Source: Candidatus Yanofskybacteria bacterium RIFCSPLOWO2_02_FULL_41_13 (lineage in GTDB: Bacteria; Patescibacteriota; Minisyncoccia; 2-02-FULL-40-12; GWA2-44-9). Taken from it: 64,000 nucleotides of DNA. The position numbers were made by a program, and so were the translations under genes. Every line of letters begins with the position of its first letter. Positions within the stretch are counted from its first letter, which is position 1. Shown here in pieces: positions 38,168 to 48,059 of the stretch. The notes below the pieces were generated by a model. That model ran no database searches. It was not told the DNA's origin and saw nothing but the letters and a program-made list of their open reading frames with translations. Location of the stretch: NCBI GenBank assembly GCA_001795735.1, contig MGKQ01000001.1, positions 14,808-78,807 of the forward strand, in the 5' to 3' direction.

Positions 38168-38920
38168 ATGATTTCCCTAGATACTCATTATACCGACAAA
38201 AAATTCTGGAACAGCTACTTTAAAGGACGAGTCATGCGTCCTATTGAGCACACTCCTTTCGCCGATATTTTTATTAAATATTTAACCCCCGACCCGACCA
38301 AACACGTATTTGAGGTCGGCTGTGCTGGAGGAATCTATCTCGCCTACTTAGCTAAGACCTTCGGATATCATGCTTCGGGTATAGATTATTCCGACGAGAT
38401 TGAGCGAACACGAGCACTGTTCGAATTCTATAAACTACCGGAACCAATATTATATAAAGAGGATTTTTTTTATTTTCGCCCTCCGCATCTGTATGATGTC
38501 GTCTGTTCGGTCGGTTTTGTAGAGCACTTTGAAGATTTCCAAGACATTGTCCGTCGCCATGCCGCCCTAGTGGCTGATGGTGGAACTCTCATCATCACCA
38601 TGCCCCATTTTGGCGGACTACAATATGCTTTTCACTGGCTCCTGGACCGTGAAAATCTACGGAAGCATAATACTAGAATCATGAGTCCAAATTCGCTTAG
38701 GGATGCGTTCGCCGAACTACCTTTTAAACTGAAATACCTTGATTACTATAAAACATTCGGATTTTGGACCGAAAGGAAAAACCTGGCTTCATGGGAAAAA
38801 GCAGTCTTCTGGAGCATTCATAAATTCGGTAAAATACTGCAAGTTGCCTTAGGATACGAACGTCCTAACCGTTGGGTTTCACCGCATATAGTTTGCGTTG
38901 CAAAAAAAATTAAAATTTAA
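38168..38920 (+). CDS. Class I SAM methyltransferase
   Basis: FEVGCAGG, YDVVCSVGFVEHF. Confidence 0.88.
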   Translation: MISLDTHYTDKKFWNSYFKGRVMRPIEHTPFADIFIKYLTPDPTKHVFEVGCAGGIYLAYLAKTFGYHASGIDYSDEIERTRALFEFYKLPEPILYKEDFFYFRPPHLYDVVCSVGFVEHFEDFQDIVRRHAALVADGGTLIITMPHFGGLQYAFHWLLDRENLRKHNTRIMSPNSLRDAFAELPFKLKYLDYYKTFGFWTERKNLASWEKAVFWSIHKFGKILQVALGYERPNRWVSPHIVCVAKKIKI

Positions 38921-38923
38921 TCA

Positions 38924-40138
38924 ATGAGAGTCCTCCAAATTAATACGGTTGATACCAGAGGCGGGGCGGCTAAAGTCGCCTATCGACTTAAAAATGGATT
39001 GCTCAAGCTTGGACATAAGGCAGATATGATCGTTGCCCGAAAATATTCTCAGGATAAGGATGTTCATCTTTTGAGGCCCTATAACCGACTGCGAGAGAGG
39101 GCTGTTCGTAAATTAACCTACTGGCTGGCTGATGATCTGGACTTTTCTCCGTCCAGACATATTAGGAAAATAGAGTCATACCGCAACGCTGACGTAGTTA
39201 ACCTTCATAATATACACTCAAACTATTTCAACCTCGGCACACTTCCCGCTATTACTAAGGATAAACCCACCGTCTGGACTTTACACGACATGTGGGCACT
39301 GACGGCCCACTGTGCCTATACCATGGACGGTCCGGTTTCTAATGGTTTTTTTCAATGCTCAGATCTTGATTCTTATCCACCTATCGGTTGGCATAACGAG
39401 AAGTATCTAGAATGGAAGAAGAGGAGAGTTTACAGCCGATCTAATTTTCATATCGTAGTCCCCTCGCGCTGGCTTCTTGGTAAAGTAAAGCAAACTGTAC
39501 TGGCCGAAAAACCGGCATCAGTTATTTACAATGGCATTGACGTCAATATTTTTAATCCTAAGTCCCAGCAAAAAATCCGCGAAGAATTGGGTCTGCCGAA
39601 AGATAAGTTCATAATTCTATTTGCCTCAAAAGGCGGCCTCGACCAGCAACGTAAAGGCTACGACTTTGTACAATCTGTTTCACAATCATTAAAAGATAAT
39701 CCTAATGTCCTTTCCCTTATCATTGGCGGCGACCAAACCGTTAAAACCTCAAACCTAATAAAGACAGGCTACATCGGCGATGAGTCTCTCTTGGCAAGAT
39801 ACTTCTCTGCAGCAGACATATTCCTATTCCCCTCCACTGCGGATAACTGTCCCCTGGTGGTTCTTGAAGCCCTAGCCTGCGGCCTACCGGTCGTTTCATT
39901 CGCCACAGGAGGCATTCCTGAGCTTGTTGAACATCAAAAAACAGGCTATATTGCCCGTTATAAAGATTCTGAAGATCTCACTGCCGGCGTTCGCTGGATG
40001 CTGACACTTTCACCGGCTGAACGAGACGCAATGAGAGAATCTGCAGTTTCCAAGATTCTCTCTGGATTTACTCTGGATCACATGACTAGACAGTATCTGG
40101 AGTTATATAAGTCGATGCTGGGACAGAAGAAGTCTTAA
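38924..40138 (+). CDS. GT4 glycosyltransferase (WcaC-like)
   Basis: GGAA, WTLHDMW, PSRWL, DNCPLVVLEALACG. Confidence 0.9.
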   Translation: MRVLQINTVDTRGGAAKVAYRLKNGLLKLGHKADMIVARKYSQDKDVHLLRPYNRLRERAVRKLTYWLADDLDFSPSRHIRKIESYRNADVVNLHNIHSNYFNLGTLPAITKDKPTVWTLHDMWALTAHCAYTMDGPVSNGFFQCSDLDSYPPIGWHNEKYLEWKKRRVYSRSNFHIVVPSRWLLGKVKQTVLAEKPASVIYNGIDVNIFNPKSQQKIREELGLPKDKFIILFASKGGLDQQRKGYDFVQSVSQSLKDNPNVLSLIIGGDQTVKTSNLIKTGYIGDESLLARYFSAADIFLFPSTADNCPLVVLEALACGLPVVSFATGGIPELVEHQKTGYIARYKDSEDLTAGVRWMLTLSPAERDAMRESAVSKILSGFTLDHMTRQYLELYKSMLGQKKS

Positions 40139-40818
40139 TATTCTATAGCATCTTTGCCCACAATTAAGTCCGTCAGCTTAATACTATTGTTTCTGTTCAT
40201 ATCCCTGACCAGATCTTCCGGTCTGGTTTTGTCCTTGAAAGAAACCGAGAAATAAAACTCTCCATCGCCCTCAGTGTTAGTTTTGTGCTGTAAAAGCTTA
40301 TAAGAATTGAGGTGTTTATCAAATAATTCCTCATAAAACTCGCTTTTAAAATTTTTGTCAGCTATAAATGTCAGCAAAAATCCGTCTTGAGCCACAGACC
40401 CGAAATTATATTTATCTAGAAAGTAGATTACCGCCAGTAAGGCTCCTGTTCCTATAACAGAAATTATATAGTTAGCCGTTCCAACTCCCATACCGACAGC
40501 TAAACTAAAAAACAGATAGGTGGCATCTTTTGTGTCTTTTATAATGGTCCTAAATCTTATCAAAGTAAACACACCCAAGATACCTAGAGCTCTAACAATA
40601 TTATTTCCTAAAATCATCATTGCGATAGCCGCTAAAACAGACATCATTACCAGAGATTCCACGTAAGAACGGGAATAGGACAATCCGCGATGGGTCTTTT
40701 TGTAAATAACAGCTATCAGCAAACTCAGACCGAAAGAAAGCAGAATATTAAAAATAATAATGGCCGCGCTAAGCTCGGTAAGCGCCAAGTCAGTTGTGTT
40801 TAAAAAATTTGTGTTCAT
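40135..40818 (-). CDS. DUF4956-type membrane protein
   Basis: SYSRSY, IRFRT, several hydrophobic helices, soluble C-terminal domain. Confidence 0.8.
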   Translation of the reverse strand: MNTNFLNTTDLALTELSAAIIIFNILLSFGLSLLIAVIYKKTHRGLSYSRSYVESLVMMSVLAAIAMMILGNNIVRALGILGVFTLIRFRTIIKDTKDATYLFFSLAVGMGVGTANYIISVIGTGALLAVIYFLDKYNFGSVAQDGFLLTFIADKNFKSEFYEELFDKHLNSYKLLQHKTNTEGDGEFYFSVSFKDKTRPEDLVRDMNRNNSIKLTDLIVGKDAIEY

Positions 40819-40829
40819 TAAATGCTGGA

Positions 40830-41558
40830 TTACCTTAATAACGGATTAAACCGGTGCAGTGCTTCGACCGATTTCTCGTATTTAGAATAGGTGTCGGCCC
40901 TTAGGTTATGCTTGGATATAATCTTTTTAAGCCAGAAAGGAAGCATATACTTAAATTTAATCTCCATAACCATCTTGCCCCTATTGACCGGTTTCATGAA
41001 AGAATTATACATAAAGTTATGGCCCTTGCAAGCTTCCAGGCTGGAATCAAAAGTAAGTCTTAAGTTCTTAAGCTCGTTAAGATAAGCTCTTCGCTTATAA
41101 CGTACCGCGACTGCCGGTTTGATTGAGTTACTGACCGCATTCCATAAAATCTCATTTTTCTTACCTATTTCTTTCTCAGCCCATTTTTTCTCAAGCAAAG
41201 ACACATTTCCGCGCATAAAAAAATCTTCGAACTCACTGTTGGTCAGTAGCATCCTGGTTTTGAAATTTTCCTGCTGATGCTTGTTCTTTATCTCGAGCCA
41301 TACTGTTTGGGATTCACCAATCGTCGGTTTATAAACACGTAATCTGAACTTTTTCCTCCTTATCAGACCGTCGATTTTATCTCTGTAGTCGGAAAGATCA
41401 TAGGAATCGTAATACAAGCTGGTTACAAAGTACTCGCCGTTAAGTGAGCTTATATTAGAATCCGGCTTCATCCCATACTTAACAATGTCCTTTTCTATCA
41501 GATATGCAGTATTAGGATCAATCTCATATTTGAATTCAAATCTAAATTTTTTACTCAT
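40830..41558 (-). CDS. VTC / polyphosphate polymerase domain protein (CYTH-like)
   Basis: RFEFKY, SLYYD, RKKFRLRVY, LEIK, RLTFD, MEIK, SKY. Confidence 0.88.
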   Translation of the reverse strand: MSKKFRFEFKYEIDPNTAYLIEKDIVKYGMKPDSNISSLNGEYFVTSLYYDSYDLSDYRDKIDGLIRRKKFRLRVYKPTIGESQTVWLEIKNKHQQENFKTRMLLTNSEFEDFFMRGNVSLLEKKWAEKEIGKKNEILWNAVSNSIKPAVAVRYKRRAYLNELKNLRLTFDSSLEACKGHNFMYNSFMKPVNRGKMVMEIKFKYMLPFWLKKIISKHNLRADTYSKYEKSVEALHRFNPLLR

Positions 41559-43977
41559 TTTTGTTTCTGTTAAAAACTAGATTATAAATATTAGCCGGCA
41601 AGATCTTACTCAATTCCGGCTCTATTTGACTTATGGCCGTACCGCCCTCATATCCTCCTTCTACGATGCTGTCATTTACGATTAAGCTTGAGAATTCATC
41701 TTTCTCAATTTCTACCGGATTCCCCCAGATCACGGATCTGCTGACCTGGGCCTTCCCGCCGTTAATAAAGCTTGGTTTCTTTCTGTATAGATAGAGGCCG
41801 TGGCTTTTATTCCCTATTATTTTGTTATTATCGATAACCGCATCGGAAAAATCCTTAACCGCAATGCCGGTATTGCATCCGGCTATAATATTACCCGAGA
41901 TTACGAGACTTGATTTCTCTCCTACGCTTATGCACTTATCTCCATAGCCGGCTATCTGGTTATTAACAATCTCAATCCGAGTTCCGGAAAGATCGATGGC
42001 ATCGCCATTATTTCCTCCAAGAATATTATTTATAAACCTGCTGTTTTCTACTTTTCCATTAGAAATAAAATCCAAATCCATACCATCAGAGCTGTTATTC
42101 TCAAATAAACTATTCCTAATGACGATCGATCCCAAAATCGCATGAAAACCATCATCTGATTTTCCATTCTTAAATACTGAATTTTCAACTAAAGATTCCG
42201 CATTATGTAATGAAAACTGAGAAAGAAAATTTACTCCGTTTATCAGGTCTGACGATCCTCCGCTTACTATTATATTACTGAAATAATTTTTATCAGAACC
42301 GGTATTAACGACGGCAAAAACACCCCAGGGTTTGTCCGAGCTAGGATATGAAGGAGCCATTAAAATCTGGTTTCGGCTATCACCGTCAGCGGTTACCGAA
42401 CCGTAGGAAACCAGAGAAACTCCCGGGTTAAAGAGTAGTTGAGCTCCCGGTTCAATTACCAGCCTCAGACCGCTCGGGACTACAACGGTTTTATAAAAGA
42501 TGTGACTTCCGGCACTAATGACTACCGTCTTTTCATTAACTTTTTTAAATTGAGGATTTTCAGCAATGAACTGATTGACGCTTTTTATCACATCCGGCAA
42601 ATACTTAAAACTACCGCTAAAATTAAGCTTACTAGAATAAGACAAACTTTCAGGAACATGGGATTCTTTGATCGCCCTTAAGGTTACGAGCTCTCCGGCT
42701 TTTTGGAAGTTTTTTACTATTAATTCACGGCTCTTGCTATTAGCCCTATTAAAGGAGAAGTTATTCTCATTTTTGGCCTGATCGCTATAAAATTCGTTTT
42801 TTGTAGACGCGACTATACTGTCGTAATAATTTAGATCGTTAGTTAGGTTGTCTTCATTCTGAACATAATTTTTTAAAATATCCAGAAACTTATCGGAATA
42901 AACTTTATTTTTAAATATTCTCTTTACTAGCAGAGGCTGATTGCTGTTATAAACTTTATCTTTTAACTCTTCCAGCTCTATATCCCAGACTATTGGTTCA
43001 AATTTGCCCGTTTCGCGTCTAAACAGCAAGACCAAGTTGCTTGAATCACTCTGATGGGCAGAACCCGAAAGCACAGTCACCAACTGCCATTTATAAATTT
43101 TTTCCAGATCAACAAGCTTGTCTATATATTTATAAAAAACTTCATCCGGAGCTTTAGCGACCAGTTCTCTTAGGGCATCGAGCTCCTCAAATGGCCCATT
43201 TTCATTTTTAACGCCGGCAGTATAACTCTTCCAATAAGAAAATGGGAGCTTATTTCCATCTGGCGACATAGCTTCACTAGTATCATTATTGGATAATATG
43301 TTGTCGGTATCAGCTATTCCGTTCTTATCTAAGAATTCAGTTGACCAGGCTTCTGAGGCAAGATAAACCCCGAAGTCTCTTTTATTGATATTCAACCTCA
43401 CAAATTTAATATCCGGAGCAAGTACGCCCATTTTTTCGGCCCGATATGAATTAAGGGCTGAAACAAAATAACCGCGGTCTAAGGGGATAATTAAATTCAA
43501 TTCCCGCATTCCTTGGAAAAGATTATCTGAAGGAAATTTAATTTTAAGTGATTTTTGTTCAGCCTGCCAATGATTCTGCATCAATCCCCGATATCGTATT
43601 TTGATTTTTGACTGATAACCGTCGTCACCGGCAAAATAGGCATTAACATAGTTTTTATTACTATCAGATAAAAATCCGTAATCCATTTTTTCTAAATCAA
43701 CCGGAACACTGTTATTCAGCTTCTCAACATTCTGAATATCTATAAAAACATGATACAGGGGCAAGTCGCTTTGTTTGAACCAGAAAGATAGAAATGCAAT
43801 ATTAGGAAGCTTTTTGATGGATCTCCAGCTATGGGAGAAGTAATTCTTTAATGGGGTTTTTATATTTTTAAAACTTGGATATGTTAAAAAAGCAAAAATT
43901 ATAAATAAAATAAGCCCATAAATTGCGGGTTTTTTTCTTAATAAGAAACGGCTCTTTTTAATATGTCTTGATGGCAT
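41551..43977 (-). CDS. Membrane-anchored CotH-like kinase fused to right-handed beta-helix
   Basis: N-terminal TM helix; KIRYRG, KSLKIK, GVYL..E, FEPIVWD; repeated DG/DA.D and DKCISVGE turns. Confidence 0.8.
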   Translation of the reverse strand: MPSRHIKKSRFLLRKKPAIYGLILFIIFAFLTYPSFKNIKTPLKNYFSHSWRSIKKLPNIAFLSFWFKQSDLPLYHVFIDIQNVEKLNNSVPVDLEKMDYGFLSDSNKNYVNAYFAGDDGYQSKIKIRYRGLMQNHWQAEQKSLKIKFPSDNLFQGMRELNLIIPLDRGYFVSALNSYRAEKMGVLAPDIKFVRLNINKRDFGVYLASEAWSTEFLDKNGIADTDNILSNNDTSEAMSPDGNKLPFSYWKSYTAGVKNENGPFEELDALRELVAKAPDEVFYKYIDKLVDLEKIYKWQLVTVLSGSAHQSDSSNLVLLFRRETGKFEPIVWDIELEELKDKVYNSNQPLLVKRIFKNKVYSDKFLDILKNYVQNEDNLTNDLNYYDSIVASTKNEFYSDQAKNENNFSFNRANSKSRELIVKNFQKAGELVTLRAIKESHVPESLSYSSKLNFSGSFKYLPDVIKSVNQFIAENPQFKKVNEKTVVISAGSHIFYKTVVVPSGLRLVIEPGAQLLFNPGVSLVSYGSVTADGDSRNQILMAPSYPSSDKPWGVFAVVNTGSDKNYFSNIIVSGGSSDLINGVNFLSQFSLHNAESLVENSVFKNGKSDDGFHAILGSIVIRNSLFENNSSDGMDLDFISNGKVENSRFINNILGGNNGDAIDLSGTRIEIVNNQIAGYGDKCISVGEKSSLVISGNIIAGCNTGIAVKDFSDAVIDNNKIIGNKSHGLYLYRKKPSFINGGKAQVSRSVIWGNPVEIEKDEFSSLIVNDSIVEGGYEGGTAISQIEPELSKILPANIYNLVFNRNKNE

Positions 43978-44100
43978 AGAGCGAAAGAGTAGCGGTAAAT
44001 TTATTAGCTAGACTAAGACAATTCTGGATAAAAGGATATACTAAAAAAGACCTAGAGTCAATCCCCGATCCCAAGAGTAAAATGCGAAAAAATTGTAAAT

Positions 44101-44134
44101 AAAAACCCCTTCTGTCTCATAGGGGTTGTTTTTT
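44101..44134 (-). terminator. Intrinsic terminator
   Basis: AAAAACCCCT...AGGGGTTGTTTTT. Confidence 0.6.
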
Positions 44135-44135
44135 A

Positions 44136-45710
44136 TCATTGCTTCGGTGCCATTGAGCGGACATTTGCAATTCTTTCAGGCTTATTAATAAACTCCCAGG
44201 CTTTCCTTGAAATAAATTCCAGATACCAAGGATCAATTAAAGTTTTTACAGTCGGCCTCATCCAGTCCAGGTCAGCTATGTCTATTCCAGGCAATAACAG
44301 ATTATTCGCCATTACATAATCATATAATTCCGTACCCGGAAAAGGGGTAACTATGGTCAGATTAACATAGGCCGAACCGGCATCCAGATGCTTTTTAGCG
44401 GCAAGAATTGTCTCGGCCAGTTCTTCGTAGGTCTCATCCGGATAACCGATAAGATAGCAACTGGAAACGGTGATACCGACGGAATTGGCTTTCTTTATCA
44501 AAGCTGATATGTCGTATGTTTCGTGACGTATCTTTCCAGAAACCCACTTATCAATAATTCTCTGGGAACCGGATTCTACTGGGAATGATAGCCGGTCGAA
44601 ACCAGCCTCAGCCATTGTTTCAAGCATCTCGTCATCTACTACAATCTTTTCGCCTTCATTTTTGTGAAGATGAGAAAGATTAACTCCGTTAACATCGCCT
44701 AATTTAAAGCCGTATTTAATCAGCATCTTAAAGATAGCTAAAGCCCTCTTCTTTTTTGCCAGCAACGAATCATCCTCTATATAAATATACTGGGCTCCGA
44801 GCTCTTTTATCACAAGGGCTTCTCTCTCAACACGCTCTTCGGATTGGAATCTGAACTTGCCTATATTGCCGGTGATTGATCCTTTCTGCTCCCCAGAAAT
44901 ATGGCAAAACGTGCAAACATAAGGACAACCCCTTGAAGTCATCATTGATACATAGATGTTGGGTTTTTCCAGATCCCCCTGCTTTCTGAGCGAACCACCA
45001 TGGGGCCGGTTAATAAGTCCTATCCTCTTTAGAGGAAGCTTATGCCTGGCGGGAATCGGCAGATTATCTAAATTCATCTCTATCTCGCCGACCGGATTTA
45101 TCTGAATTTTTCCATCATTTAAGAAAGCGGCTCCGTTTACACCGGAAAAATCACGGTTTCCCCGACGCAAAACATTACCTATCTGAACAATCGTCTGTTC
45201 GGCCTCTGAAGTGCAGATAAGATGCGCTCCTGCATCAAAGAATCTTTTCATCTGGGTGCGTGCATTGATTCCGCCCATAATGATTAACTTTTCAGGATAA
45301 GCCCGCGATATTAGCTGGACAGTTTCCTCAACCATATAGGTTTGAGGCGTAAATATTGAGCTAATGCCGATAACATCGTAGCTCGCACATTCTTTAATAA
45401 TAGCTTCCGGTGAAAGACCGACCCTGACCATTCCATTAGAAAGCGGCGTTTCTCTTTCAAATGATTCTTTCATGCTATGCCTATTTTCGTTCCCGACACA
45501 GCAGTCCAGAATATCGGCTTCGAAATTATTTTGCTCAAGAGCGGCGGCAAGATATAGATTACCCAAAGATACTTCAGGCTTTACCGTACCGAATGTCTTA
45601 TCATGACGCTGAGGCGAGTACATCAACAAAAATTTGGGATCCCTAATATTTTTTAGTAAAGGCGGGGAACTATCATTACTTTGCACCTGAGCTCCTGTCT
45701 GTATTTTCAT
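44136..45710 (-). CDS. B12-binding radical SAM enzyme (true start may be the GTG near 45686)
   Basis: LGNLYLAA, IGISS, MGGIN, TSRGCPYVCTFC, VESGS, IGYPDET, TPFPGT. Confidence 0.9.
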   Translation of the reverse strand: MKIQTGAQVQSNDSSPPLLKNIRDPKFLLMYSPQRHDKTFGTVKPEVSLGNLYLAAALEQNNFEADILDCCVGNENRHSMKESFERETPLSNGMVRVGLSPEAIIKECASYDVIGISSIFTPQTYMVEETVQLISRAYPEKLIIMGGINARTQMKRFFDAGAHLICTSEAEQTIVQIGNVLRRGNRDFSGVNGAAFLNDGKIQINPVGEIEMNLDNLPIPARHKLPLKRIGLINRPHGGSLRKQGDLEKPNIYVSMMTSRGCPYVCTFCHISGEQKGSITGNIGKFRFQSEERVEREALVIKELGAQYIYIEDDSLLAKKKRALAIFKMLIKYGFKLGDVNGVNLSHLHKNEGEKIVVDDEMLETMAEAGFDRLSFPVESGSQRIIDKWVSGKIRHETYDISALIKKANSVGITVSSCYLIGYPDETYEELAETILAAKKHLDAGSAYVNLTIVTPFPGTELYDYVMANNLLLPGIDIADLDWMRPTVKTLIDPWYLEFISRKAWEFINKPERIANVRSMAPKQ

Positions 45711-45803
45711 TTTTAAGGTACCCTCGACTACAAATTAGCGCTTGAGACAAAATAACAAAAAAGTATTTAGATAACAACTGCCTCTGTGAATAAGAATACC
45801 GCG

Positions 45804-46862
45804 TTATAATTCCTTAATCCTATCTAGTAAATTTTTAGCTAAAATTTCTGATTTTAGTTCTTCTTGATACAGTCTATAACCATTCTCAGCTATCCTTTCC
45901 AGCTCTTGAGGATTGTTCTTTGCCCACAGTATTTTTTGAGCTAAAGACTGGGCATTAGCCGGTTCACAAGTGATACAGGTCTTCCCCGGCTCAAGAAGCT
46001 CAAGGATTCCCCTATTAGACGCGGTCAGATACGGTAAGCGCATGACCAATGACTCATAAACCTTATGGGGAATGGTTCTCTCCAGGCGCTCATGATCTGA
46101 TAATTGACCTATACTTAAGTGGCATTTCTGCATAAGACCCCTTAACTCCTCTACGGGGACAAAATTAGATGTAAGCTTAAGATTGACTAGCCTAAGCCCG
46201 TCTATCATTTTTTTTATTTTATCCAAAAGTTGACCGCCACCGCCATGCACAATAAACTCAATGTCATTATTTTCTAAGATTTTAGCCGCCCGAACTAAAT
46301 ATTCTACTCCCGTTTCTGGCAAAAAGGCCCCCCTAAATAAGACAGCGAATGTTGATAATTTTCCGGTTGAAGAGTCATAAAAAAATTTATCCTCATCAAC
46401 GCCAATCCAATTTCTAAATACTTTTTCTCTATTAACTTTAAATAGTTTTTTAAAATAATCTGCCTGGCTATCTGACTCAACAACGATTAGGTCAGAAATA
46501 TGTACGGCTATAAAATCAAGCAACCAATAATATCCGGCCTTAACCGAAAATCTGGAAGCCAAAGCCCTTGAGACTATCATTCTCTCATATACCGATAGAA
46601 CGGCGTTATAAATAATTTTTTTTCGGCAAAAAAAACGCAGAAATATAACTAAACCAGGACTATCATATCCAACGATAACTGTATCCGTATTTTTTGAGTT
46701 GCGTCTATAAAAAGACCAAAGAGCTAAAAAGCTGAAAGCTCCCCCGCCCTTAAGACCAAACTCCAGAACTTCTACCCCGTTCTCCCTTAGTCCTTTTATA
46801 CAGACCGAGTTAAGTGCATATTCCAGCCGCGAATTGCTTAAGTATATTATTTTTTTAATCAT
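45804..46862 (-). CDS. GT4 glycosyltransferase
   Basis: GVEYLVRAA, TIPHKVYE, LERIAENG. Confidence 0.82.
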   Translation of the reverse strand: MIKKIIYLSNSRLEYALNSVCIKGLRENGVEVLEFGLKGGGAFSFLALWSFYRRNSKNTDTVIVGYDSPGLVIFLRFFCRKKIIYNAVLSVYERMIVSRALASRFSVKAGYYWLLDFIAVHISDLIVVESDSQADYFKKLFKVNREKVFRNWIGVDEDKFFYDSSTGKLSTFAVLFRGAFLPETGVEYLVRAAKILENNDIEFIVHGGGGQLLDKIKKMIDGLRLVNLKLTSNFVPVEELRGLMQKCHLSIGQLSDHERLERTIPHKVYESLVMRLPYLTASNRGILELLEPGKTCITCEPANAQSLAQKILWAKNNPQELERIAENGYRLYQEELKSEILAKNLLDRIKEL

Positions 46863-47171
46863 CCCAGTATATCAACTTCCAGAGCCAAACGCTTTGGTGC
46901 GTCTGTACTCTTTAAGCCTTAGACTTAAAAATATCCTACCCCTTGTCGTTTTAAGATAACCTTCTCTGCGTTTGGCATCTTGCTCATTAGTACAGCCTTC
47001 AAAATATATTAGCTTGAATGGTAACCTGAACTTTGTACTGAAATTGAAGCCTTTATTATGTTCATCTATTCTTCTGCGCAGGTTATTTGTGTAACCAATG
47101 TATAACCTATCGTCCTTGATACTTTGTAGCACATAGATATAGAAGAACATGCTGGAAGCTGTATTACTGGG
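46863..47171 (-). mobile_element. Inverted-repeat-bounded GIY-YIG cassette 3, flanked by duplicated ATG
   Basis: IR 16/20: CCCAGTATATCAACTTCCAG (46863-82) vs CTGGAAGCTGTATTACTGGG (47152-71); CAT on both outer sides. Confidence 0.7.
46872..47150 (-). CDS. Small GIY-YIG nuclease
   Basis: MFFYIYVL...LYIGYT...RIDEHN...YFE...AKRREGYLK. Confidence 0.9.
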   Translation of the reverse strand: MFFYIYVLQSIKDDRLYIGYTNNLRRRIDEHNKGFNFSTKFRLPFKLIYFEGCTNEQDAKRREGYLKTTRGRIFLSLRLKEYRRTKAFGSGS

Positions 47172-48033
47172 CATGTGATTCATTTAGTAAAGTTAGTTCT
47201 TCCTCCCAATTATAATTTCCCCAATTTTTATATTTTTTTCTTAGTTCATCGTTCTCATGTCCGGGATGACAACCAAGTTCTATAATTTTATCTGGATATT
47301 TTTTCAATAACTCTTTTGCTGACTTGATGTCTCTATCGCTCAAATTTCCGGCATTAACAAAACCGACGGAAAAATCGTTGCAAACAAGGCCAGCCTTTCT
47401 TACTTTTCTTTTTGCTATCGCCGACAAAAAGTTTAGAAACAACAGTTGAAGTTTTCTAAATAATTTGCCACCCAAAAAGCTAAACGGTTCATTTACGATA
47501 CGAATGTATGGAATCTGGCGTTCCTTGGCCAGCTTAACAACAATTTCTGTAATTCCCGGTAGCAGATGTAAATGCTGATGGCTATTTATGAAAGATAGTT
47601 TGATACCGGCTTGAATGCACTTATTTAACTGAGCCCTTAGTTCCGCCTCCACTTTTTTGAGACTAATTAATCCTAAAATATATTTGATGAAAAATATCCT
47701 GTGGTTTTTAGGAAAAACGGTCTGAGTAATGGGTCTCTCCTCAACCAAAACCAGATGTATCCCGTACGAAGTCTCGCTCGCGCTAAGAGCACGAGTCCTT
47801 TGGACCTCGGCGAGGCTACTTCGTACGGGATGAACCCCGATGTTTGGAAGTTCAACTTCCAAACATCGGTGGACGGCATCATCAAAAGCCGGACCATTAG
47901 CCATCAGAGAGGCACCGTCTATCTTGGCTCCTTTTAATAAAAAAATGATTCCATCGTTAATGGATTTGTTAAGACCGAGATCGTCAGCAATAATCCTCAA
48001 GTTACCAATTCCCAAGTTACGACTTACAATCAA
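47164..48033 (-). CDS. ChbG/HpnK (YdjC) family carbohydrate deacetylase with in-frame insertion
   Basis: IIADDLG, ASLMAN, SHQHLH, CHPG; 25 extra residues inside G[VI]HL. Confidence 0.85.
   Translation of the reverse strand: MIVSRNLGIGNLRIIADDLGLNKSINDGIIFLLKGAKIDGASLMANGPAFDDAVHRCLEVELPNIGVHPVRSSLAEVQRTRALSASETSYGIHLVLVEERPITQTVFPKNHRIFFIKYILGLISLKKVEAELRAQLNKCIQAGIKLSFINSHQHLHLLPGITEIVVKLAKERQIPYIRIVNEPFSFLGGKLFRKLQLLFLNFLSAIAKRKVRKAGLVCNDFSVGFVNAGNLSDRDIKSAKELLKKYPDKIIELGCHPGHENDELRKKYKNWGNYNWEEELTLLNESHAQ
47760..47829. mobile_element. 70-bp MITE-like element, in-frame within deacetylase
   Basis: ATGTA-TCCCGTACGAAGT...ACTTCGTACGGG-ATGAA; 70+5 = 75 nt. Confidence 0.82.
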
Positions 48034-48059
48034 TTCCAGATTTACAATGTTTCAAAAGT

